Shown here: positions 1 through 4,894 of the stretch, in pieces
Position numbering within the stretch: the first letter of the stretch is position 1
Layout: each line of letters opens with the position of its first letter
DNA from: Candidatus Iainarchaeum sp.
Lineage (GTDB): Archaea; Iainarchaeota; Iainarchaeia; Iainarchaeales; 0-14-0-20-34-12
Assembly: GCA_030649345.1 (NCBI GenBank)
Contig: JAUSKK010000037.1
Location: 1 to 6,381 of the forward strand
Direction: 5' to 3'
DNA: 6,381 bases
Notes under the pieces: generated by a model
The model's database searches: none
What the model saw: the letters and a program-made list of their open reading frames with translations, nothing else
What the model was told of the DNA's origin: nothing
Program-made: the position numbers and the translations under genes

Positions 1-50
1 TGGAAAAAAGCCAAAAACTGAAAAGAAAGCAGCAAAATAACCTAGTTCTC

Positions 51-64
51 TTCTTTTTTATTTT
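51..64 (+). terminator. Possible oligo-T termination signal for a + strand gene ending just left of or at the window start
   Basis: The T-rich run ttcttttttatttt follows stop codons in two + frames (tga 19-21, taa 38-40). Archaeal termination typically uses oligo-T tracts. The upstream gene itself is not visible. Confidence 0.3.
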
Positions 65-70
65 CCAGAC

Positions 71-110
71 AGAAAAGGTTTATATATAACATAGAAGGCT
101 ATTTATATAT
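71..110 (+). promoter_or_regulatory. Two tandem BRE/TATA-like promoter modules (agaaaaggTTTATATATa at 71-88, agaaggctaTTTATATAT at 93-110)
   Basis: The identical 9-mer TTTATATAT occurs at 79-87 and 102-110, each preceded by a purine-rich AGAA..GG stretch in the BRE position. The same 9-mer recurs in minus orientation at 4209-4217 in front of another gene. The modules lie 100-130 nt upstream of the tfb ATG. Confidence 0.5.
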
Positions 111-209
111 CTTACTATTTTCTAAAACTCAAAATTCCAAACATGAAAAGCGTGTTTCTGTTTGACGTGAGTTTTGATTAAAAAATTAAAAAAGGTGTGT
201 GGTGTAAAA

Positions 210-1118
210 ATGGTTGAATTGTGTTGCCCTGAATGTAAAAGTACAAGAATCCGAAAAGATGAAGCAAAAGCAGAACTAATTTGTGAAAAATGCGGATTGG
301 TTGTAAGCGAAGATTTAGTTGATTTAGGAAAAGACTGGCGTAGCTTTGACGGAGATCAATTTGATGAAACAGCTAGAACAGGAAGTCCTAAAAAATACGT
401 TAAATTAAACAAAGGCTTAGTGACCATGATTGACCGCAGAGGCCGAGACTTGCGAGGAAATAAATTATCCACTAAAAGCAAAGCCCAAATGTATCGATTG
501 GTTAAATGGCATAAACGAGCCAGTGTTTCAAGTTCCATGCAGCGAAATTTAAGCATTGCATTAACTGAATTACGACGTGTTGCCAGTTATTTAAATATTC
601 CAGAATCATTGGTTGAAGCTGGAGCTTTACTGTACAGAAAAACTGTAGAAAAAGGATTAATCCGAGGAAGATTAATTGAAGCAGTTGTAGCAGCAATCTT
701 GTACACTATTTGTAGAACCTACAATGTTCCAAGAACATTGAATGAAATGGCCGAAGCTTCTGGTTTAACCAAAAAAGAAATTGGAAGAACTTACAGATTT
801 TTGGTAAGAGAATTAAAATTGGAAGTCCCCATGACTAACCCAATTCACTACATTCCAAGATTTGCCGCTGAATTAAATTTAAGCGGAGAAGTCCAAGAAG
901 TTGGCCGACAAATTATTGACAAAGCCATAGACCAAGGATTAATTTCTGGAAGAGGTCCAACCGGAGTAGCTGCCGCAGCAGTATATATTGCTGGACTCAT
1001 TAAAGGAGAACGCAGAACTCAAAAAGAGGTTGCGAATGTAGCCGGAGTAACTGAAGTTACAATCCGAAACAGATACCGAGAACTTAAAAAAGAATTAGAC
1101 ATCGACGTTGCGGCCTAA
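210..1118 (+). CDS. tfb: Transcription initiation factor B (TFB, TFIIB homologue)
   Basis: It has an N-terminal zinc ribbon (CPEC-x15-CEKC). Two cyclin-like repeats follow, with typical TFB stretches such as RGRLIEAVVAAILYTICR and GRGPTGVAAAAVYIA. The C-terminus reads GVTEVTIRNRYREL. I prefer ATG 210 (MVELCCPEC), which has GGTG 6 nt upstream. The ORF track's 174 start is a TTG that would add 12 Lys-rich residues. Confidence 0.95.
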   Translation: MVELCCPECKSTRIRKDEAKAELICEKCGLVVSEDLVDLGKDWRSFDGDQFDETARTGSPKKYVKLNKGLVTMIDRRGRDLRGNKLSTKSKAQMYRLVKWHKRASVSSSMQRNLSIALTELRRVASYLNIPESLVEAGALLYRKTVEKGLIRGRLIEAVVAAILYTICRTYNVPRTLNEMAEASGLTKKEIGRTYRFLVRELKLEVPMTNPIHYIPRFAAELNLSGEVQEVGRQIIDKAIDQGLISGRGPTGVAAAAVYIAGLIKGERRTQKEVANVAGVTEVTIRNRYRELKKELDIDVAA

Positions 1119-1170
1119 ACAGGCCAACGTTTCCTTTCTTTTTCTTTTATTTTTTTCTATTTTTTAATTT
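1105..1170 (+). terminator. Hairpin plus long T-rich tract downstream of tfb
   Basis: Positions 1105-1109 pair with 1126-1130 and 1112-1116 pair with 1121-1125. That gives 10 bp with a 2-nt bulge and loop AAAC, and the stem straddles the TAA stop at 1116-1118. It is followed directly by ttcctttctttttcttttatttttttctatttttt. Confidence 0.5.
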
Positions 1171-1190
1171 TATTTTTAAACAATCTCTTA

Positions 1191-1198
1191 TTTATATT
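1191..1198 (+). promoter_or_regulatory. TATA-like box (tttatatt) upstream of the SRPBCC gene
   Basis: It is AT-rich and TATA-like. Its downstream edge is 20 nt from position 1219. Comparable boxes sit 21-22 nt from the ATGs of the 1676 and 2737 genes, which fits leaderless transcription. Confidence 0.4.
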
Positions 1199-1281
1199 CT
1201 TTTCAATTTAAGTCTAACATAAAAACCATTAAACAAACAGTAAATTTTACAGCAAGTCCGCACAAAGTATTTGAAGCTTTA

Positions 1282-1611
1282 ATGGATTCCAAACAACATT
1301 CTGAGTTCACTGAAAGCAAATGTACGATTTCTAGAAAAATCAATGGAAAGATTAGTGCCTACGATGGATACATTGAAGGAAAAAATTTGGAACTAGTAAA
1401 AGACAAAAAAATTGTACAAGAATGGAGAGCCAGCGACTGGCCAGAAAAACACTATTCCCAGGCAAGCTTTGAATTGGCAAAAGCTAAAACTGGAACTCAA
1501 CTAAAGTTCACTCAAACCAATGTTCCGAAAGAACAATTCGAAGCCATTTCAGATGGCTGGAAAGAACATTATTGGAATAAAATGATTATAAAATTCAACA
1601 GAATTTTATAA
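1282..1611 (+). CDS. SRPBCC superfamily / AHSA1 (Aha1 C-terminal-like) domain protein. The true N-terminus probably lies upstream near 1219.
   Basis: The motif run ALMDSKQHSEFT ... ISAYDGYIEGKNLELVKDKKIVQEWR..DWPE.HYS...FEL ... GWKEHYW is typical of AHSA1-type START-like proteins. The in-frame codons upstream of ATG 1282 encode IKTIKQTVNFTASPHKVFEAL. That is the usual first strand and helix of this fold, but no ATG, GTG or TTG is available for it. Confidence 0.75.
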   Translation: MDSKQHSEFTESKCTISRKINGKISAYDGYIEGKNLELVKDKKIVQEWRASDWPEKHYSQASFELAKAKTGTQLKFTQTNVPKEQFEAISDGWKEHYWNKMIIKFNRIL

Positions 1612-1646
1612 TTTTTAAAATTTCAAAGAAATTTTAAATGAAAACC

Positions 1647-1654
1647 TATTTTAA
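1647..1654 (+). promoter_or_regulatory. TATA-like box (tattttaa) for the 1676 gene
   Basis: Its downstream edge is 21 nt from ATG 1676 and there is no Shine-Dalgarno-like motif, consistent with a leaderless mRNA. Confidence 0.35.
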
Positions 1655-1675
1655 CAGAAAACCAGCAATACTATA

Positions 1676-2287
1676 ATGGATTCGTTTAATCAAAAAGAAT
1701 TGAAACTTTTAAAGTCTTTGAATTCTCCTAAAAAGATTCAGGATTTTATTAATAAAATTCCCATTAATTTTGATTACAAAAAAGGCACGTGTTATTCGCC
1801 GAGAATGGCTTTAGAAAAAAATAAAGCACAATGCATGGAAGGAGCCATGCTAGCTGCAGCTGCTTTGGAAGTGCATGGATTTCCTCCGCTTTTAATGGAT
1901 TTGACTTCAACCAAACATGACTTTGATCATGTAGTGGCAATATTCAAACAAAACAATTGCTGGGGTGCCATCAGCAAAACCAATCACGCAGTTTTAAGAT
2001 ACCGGGAACCCATTTACAAAACAATTCGCGAATTGGCTTTTTCGTATTTTCATGAATATTTTTTAAACAACGGAAAAAAAACACTGCGGTCTTATTCAGG
2101 CCCGGTAAATTTAAATAAATTTAATAAAATTAATTGGCGAACCAGTTCAAAAGACGTTTGGGATATTCCAAACTATTTAGGAGATGTAAAGCATTTCCCT
2201 TTCTTAAGCAAACAACAAATCCATAGTCTCAGAAAAGCAGACAAAATTGAAATTCAAGCAGGAAAATTAATTGAATGGAAAAAATAA
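1676..2287 (+). CDS. Hypothetical protein with a transglutaminase-like / papain-fold Cys-His core
   Basis: This is a long, clean ORF. The pattern KAQC-MEGAMLAAAALEVHGFPPLLMDL ... DH-VVAIFKQNNCWGAISKTN resembles the Cys helix, His strand and Trp layout of transglutaminase-like cysteine peptidase domains. The assignment is by motif recognition only. Confidence 0.55.
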   Translation: MDSFNQKELKLLKSLNSPKKIQDFINKIPINFDYKKGTCYSPRMALEKNKAQCMEGAMLAAAALEVHGFPPLLMDLTSTKHDFDHVVAIFKQNNCWGAISKTNHAVLRYREPIYKTIRELAFSYFHEYFLNNGKKTLRSYSGPVNLNKFNKINWRTSSKDVWDIPNYLGDVKHFPFLSKQQIHSLRKADKIEIQAGKLIEWKK

Positions 2288-2330
2288 AATAAAAAATAAT
2301 AAAAATTAGAATTAAATTAAGAACTAATTA

Positions 2331-2588
2331 TTATTGAATGACTACAGGCATTCCTAAAGCTTGACCTGGCAGACCTCGAATAAATCGAACCATCAACAAA
2401 CCATTGGTGCCATGAGTTCCAGTGATTTTTCCAGCAATGGTTTTTCCGCCTACACTTTTAAACACGGTTTTTTTACCTAAAAGCTTTAATGCTTGGGTTT
2501 TAGTAGAAACACTGGGCACAGAGACAACCACATGATTTTGGGCAGTAACTCCTAGACCTCTTCGAAAATTTTGAATAATTCCTTTCAT
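2331..2588 (-). CDS. rpl35ae: 50S ribosomal protein L35Ae (eL33)
   Basis: The 85-aa product contains GKTIAGKITGTHGTNGLLMVRFIRGLPGQALGMPVVI, which closely matches the conserved C-terminal half of archaeal L35Ae. GGTG lies 5 nt upstream of the ATG on the minus strand (plus-strand cacc at 2594-2597). Confidence 0.9.
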   Translation of the reverse strand: MKGIIQNFRRGLGVTAQNHVVVSVPSVSTKTQALKLLGKKTVFKSVGGKTIAGKITGTHGTNGLLMVRFIRGLPGQALGMPVVIQ

Positions 2589-2641
2589 GAATACACCATT
2601 AAAAACAGTTTATTATACTAAATAGTTAGAATGAAGGTTTT

Positions 2642-2708
2642 AAAAGAGTGATGCAAATGGTTAGCAGACATAATTTAATGATTGCTTTATGCAAGGCATC
2701 ACTCTTTT
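2642..2708. repeat. Perfect 13-bp inverted repeat (aaaagagtgatgc / gcatcactctttt) separated by 41 bp, in the rpl35ae-rnhB divergent intergenic region
   Basis: Left arm 2642-2654 and right arm 2696-2708, read directly from the sequence. Each arm overlaps an outward-facing TTTTAAAA box (2638-2645 and 2707-2714). Confidence 0.8.
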
Positions 2709-2714
2709 TTAAAA
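2707..2714 (+). promoter_or_regulatory. TATA-like box (ttttaaaa) for rnhB
   Basis: Its downstream edge is 22 nt from ATG 2737 and there is no SD motif, consistent with a leaderless rnhB mRNA. Confidence 0.45.
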
Positions 2715-2736
2715 TGATACTTGGGTTGAATTCAGA

Positions 2737-3393
2737 ATGTTAATTGCAGGAATTGATGAAGCAGGACGAGGACCAGTATTGGGCCCTATGGTAATTGCAG
2801 TTACTGTGATTGATAAAAACCAAGAAGAAGATTTTCGAAAATTAGGAATTAAAGACTCTAAAGAATTAACCGTATTTGAACGAAAAGAATTGTATCCAAA
2901 AATAATTGAACAAGCAGTAGAATGGAAGTTTGTCAAAATTGAAGCCGAAGAACTCGATGAATTAATGAAACAACATTCCTTGAATGAAATTGAAGCCATT
3001 AAAATCGGGGGCTTGTTAAATTCATTAAAAAAAATTCCAGACATTGTAATTGTAGATAGTCCGGATGTCATTCAAGCTAATTTTGGAATTCGAATTAAAA
3101 AGTATTATAAAAAAAACTGCATTATGCGCACAGAACACAAAGCAGATCAAAATCACGTAATTGTTGGAGCCGCCAGTATTATTGCCAAAGTAGAACGCGA
3201 TCAAGCTATTGAAAAATATGCACAAGAATTTGGAGAAATAGGTTCAGGATATAGTCATGACCCTAAAACCATTCAATTTCTTAAAAATTGGCTAAAAACA
3301 CACTCTGATTTACCCAAGATTGCTAGAAGACAATGGCAAACAAGCGAAAAGGCTTTAAATGAGAAATATCAAAAGAAATTAGGAGAGTATTAG
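2737..3393 (+). CDS. rnhB: Ribonuclease HII
   Basis: It begins with the N-terminal signature IAGIDEAGRGPVLGPMVIA. Further matches are KDSKELT, HKADQNHVIVGAASIIAKVERD and GEIGSGYSHDPKT. The match to archaeal RNase HII runs the full length. Confidence 0.95.
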   Translation: MLIAGIDEAGRGPVLGPMVIAVTVIDKNQEEDFRKLGIKDSKELTVFERKELYPKIIEQAVEWKFVKIEAEELDELMKQHSLNEIEAIKIGGLLNSLKKIPDIVIVDSPDVIQANFGIRIKKYYKKNCIMRTEHKADQNHVIVGAASIIAKVERDQAIEKYAQEFGEIGSGYSHDPKTIQFLKNWLKTHSDLPKIARRQWQTSEKALNEKYQKKLGEY

Positions 3394-3401
3394 AAAAAAC
3401 A

Positions 3402-3455
3402 GTGCTACTGCAGCGTAGCGGAAGTAGCACGTTCGACCAACCGGAACCCCGGTTG
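3402..3455. other. GC-rich double-hairpin element of unknown function (candidate structured RNA, UTR element or repeated palindromic element)
   Basis: Hairpin 1 is gtgctact (3402-3409) paired with agtagcac (3423-3430). Hairpin 2 is caaccgg (3438-3444) paired with ccggttg (3449-3455), with loop AACC. By hand count, 33 of the 55 positions in 3401-3455 are G/C, in an otherwise strongly AT-rich window. Confidence 0.6.
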
Positions 3456-3477
3456 AAAGAGAGATTGGAGCAAGAGT

Positions 3478-3990
3478 ATGGAATTGGTAAAAAGCAATAA
3501 TAACAAAGGCACCAGTGTCAAAGATATTTTTCCAAGATTTGAAAAAATAGAATTCTTAATGGATGAATTAATTAATGAAATTGTTCACCAAACCAAAGAC
3601 TTGCCTTTAGAAGCAGCCCATAAACCTTTAACGATTGGATTTTCTATCAAAATTAACAGCCAAGGACAACCCAGTGTAGAAGAAATCAACAATATGCCTG
3701 CAAACAACAATATTAGTACCGAAAAACAAGTCAGCTACAATGCCATTGAACCCATGGGTGAAGTCAGCGAAACCAATGAAGAATTAACGATTACTTTAGA
3801 AATTCCCGGAATGAAAAATGAAGAAATTTTTGTAAAGTTTTTTGGAGAAAGCGGAATTGTAATTGAAGCTAAAAATAATGAGATTGCTTATTTTAAAGAA
3901 ATTAATTTAGCAACCCAAATTCAAAAAGAAAGTTTACAGAAAAAGTATACCAACAATATTTTGGAAGTTAATTTTCTAAAAAAGAAATAA
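3478..3990 (+). CDS. hsp20: Small heat-shock protein, Hsp20/alpha-crystallin family
   Basis: The C-terminal segment is EPMGEVSETNEELTITLEIPGMKNEEIFVKFFGESGIVIEAKNN...YFKEINLATQIQKESLQKKYTNNILEVNFLKK. It follows the alpha-crystallin domain pattern (..D..ET.dE..v...lPG..kedI.v.......l.I.a......Y.kei.LP..v......a.y.NGvLev.l.K). GGAG lies 7 nt upstream of the ATG. Confidence 0.75.
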   Translation: MELVKSNNNKGTSVKDIFPRFEKIEFLMDELINEIVHQTKDLPLEAAHKPLTIGFSIKINSQGQPSVEEINNMPANNNISTEKQVSYNAIEPMGEVSETNEELTITLEIPGMKNEEIFVKFFGESGIVIEAKNNEIAYFKEINLATQIQKESLQKKYTNNILEVNFLKKK

Positions 3991-3999
3991 AAAAAATTA

Positions 4000-4179
4000 C
4001 TAAATTCCGCCTTCTGCTAAATATTTGTCTTTACACGCAAGAGAGCAAAAGCTTTGTCTGTACAAAAAACTTCCATCGTTTTCCATATCCAAGCCGCAAT
4101 ACAAACATCTGCGAATCAAAGCCATTGATTTCACCGGTTTTCGTACTTTGGTGCTTCCTAAATAATTATCTAAATTCAT
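4000..4179 (-). CDS. Small (59 aa) Cys4 zinc-binding protein, TRASH/FCS-type (C-x2-C-x16-C-x3-C). Not in the supplied ORF track.
   Basis: Manual translation of the minus strand gives MNLDNYLGSTKVRKPVKSMALIRRCLYCGLDMENDGSFLYRQSFCSLACKDKYLAEGGI followed by a stop. The ...C..CG...(16)...FCS..C..KY layout matches TRASH/YHS/L24e-type zinc fingers. A consensus TTTATATAT box in minus orientation (4217-4209) ends 29 nt upstream of the ATG, and an in-frame TAA lies 4 codons upstream of it. Confidence 0.6.
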   Translation of the reverse strand: MNLDNYLGSTKVRKPVKSMALIRRCLYCGLDMENDGSFLYRQSFCSLACKDKYLAEGGI

Positions 4180-4205
4180 AGTCTCTAATTATTCTTTTGC
4201 AAAAA

Positions 4206-4221
4206 TAGATATATAAATCTA
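4206..4221. promoter_or_regulatory. Single near-palindromic TATA element (tagatatataaatcta) shared by the divergent zinc-finger ORF and hps
   Basis: The outer arms tagat/atcta are perfect inverted repeats around an ATATAA core. The element lies about 29-30 nt from both ATG 4179 (-) and ATG 4247 (+). No other TATA-like element exists in the 67-bp spacer. Confidence 0.5.
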
Positions 4222-4246
4222 ATGCAGATCAAGTTTCTTACAATTT

Positions 4247-4894
4247 ATGAACGAATACAAGCTTCAGTTAGCCTTAGATTTTTTGGAAATGAAACCAGCC
4301 TTGGAAATGGCCCGCAAAGTCGCTGAATACATGGATGTACTGGAAGCAGGCACTCCTTTAGTAAAAAGTGTAGGCTTAGATATTGTTCGAAATTTAAAAA
4401 AAGAATTTCCAGACAAAGAAGTTGAAGCTGACTTAAAAACTGCAGATGTAGGCTACATGGAAGCTGAAATGGCATTCAAAGCAGGAGCAGATATTATGAC
4501 TGTCATGGCAGCCAGTCCGCATGAAACAGTTCAAGGAGCATTAGATGCAGGCCGAGACTATAAGAAAAAAGTTATGGTTGATTTTATTGGATGTAAAAGT
4601 GTTGTGGAAAGATATACTGAATTGAAAGATTTAGGAATTAAAATTGACTACTTGTTGGTGCATGCTGGAATAGACCAGCAAATGAAAGGAAAATCTCCTT
4701 TAGAAAGTTTAAGCCAATTGCATGAAAAAAATTTAACCATTGCTTGCGCTGGCGGCTTAAATGAAAACACTATTCCCAAAGTCATGGCTTTAGGGGCAAC
4801 ACATTTAATTGTAGGCGGAGCTATTACTGGAAGTAAAAATCCAGTAGAAAGTGCACGAAAAATGAGAGAAAGTATAGAGGCGAACAATCAATGA
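4247..4894 (+). CDS. hps: 3-hexulose-6-phosphate synthase (OMP-decarboxylase-fold family)
   Basis: The motifs are LQLALDF, LEAGTPL, DLKTAD.G, VHAGIDQQ and GG....IVGGAIT....P, typical of HPS/KGPDC enzymes. Its 4-nt overlap with a downstream phi gene favours HPS over 3-keto-L-gulonate-6-phosphate decarboxylase. Confidence 0.85.
   Translation: MNEYKLQLALDFLEMKPALEMARKVAEYMDVLEAGTPLVKSVGLDIVRNLKKEFPDKEVEADLKTADVGYMEAEMAFKAGADIMTVMAASPHETVQGALDAGRDYKKKVMVDFIGCKSVVERYTELKDLGIKIDYLLVHAGIDQQMKGKSPLESLSQLHEKNLTIACAGGLNENTIPKVMALGATHLIVGGAITGSKNPVESARKMRESIEANNQ

Noticed and set aside
2-40. Possible 3' end of an upstream + strand CDS (frame 2: GKKPKTEKKAAK, then a stop)
   Set aside because: Only 12 codons are visible, other frames are equally open, and no product can be assigned. 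Only the following oligo-T tract hints at a gene end.
143-181. 12-codon ORF MKSVFLFDVSFD upstream of tfb, and a similar 12-codon ORF at 1638-1676
   Set aside because: They are too short to support as genes from sequence alone. The first is mentioned only as part of the tfb upstream-region finding.
174-209. TTG start at 174 for tfb (ORF-track boundary)
   Set aside because: ATG 210 is preceded by GGTG and leaves the usual few residues before the zinc ribbon. The 12 extra residues (IKKLKKVCGVK) have no counterpart in typical TFB N-termini. The upstream start cannot be fully excluded.
356-696. Minus-strand ORFs 356-556 and 502-696 from the ORF track
   Set aside because: They are antisense shadows inside the well-supported tfb CDS. 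The products are Leu/Phe-rich and low-complexity, with no recognisable motif.
1614-1638. 11-bp palindrome ttt aaaatttc-aaa-gaaatttt aaa just after the SRPBCC stop
   Set aside because: It is almost entirely A/T in an AT-rich spacer, so it is plausibly chance or merely part of the T5 terminator and next promoter. It is not distinctive enough to call.
2642-2708. C/D-box sRNA interpretation of the inverted-repeat unit (GTGATGC resembles a C box, AATGATT a C' box)
   Set aside because: No CUGA D or D' boxes exist on either strand. The terminal arms are perfectly Watson-Crick complementary rather than forming the sheared G-A pairs of a kink-turn. No ACA box follows for an H/ACA reading either.
2709-3225. 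Minus-strand ORFs 2709-3071 and 3025-3225
   Set aside because: They are antisense to rnhB, which has an unambiguous full-length match. The products are Ser/Asn/Phe-rich, as expected from the reverse complement of AT-rich coding sequence.
3401-3470. tRNA, split tRNA half, or hammerhead ribozyme in the GC-rich element (GTTCGACC looks like a T-loop, and hairpin 2 is followed by GAAA)
   Set aside because: No cloverleaf can be drawn on either strand: the bases flanking TTCGACC are not complementary, and no acceptor or D-arm pairing exists. No CUGAUGA core precedes hairpin 2. The resemblances are superficial.
3402-3500. GTG-initiated 32-codon ORF through the GC-rich element, overlapping the hsp20 start out of frame
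   Set aside because: It is rich in G/C-ending codons, unlike every supported gene here. It has no motif and no SD. The base-pairing symmetry explains the sequence better than coding does.
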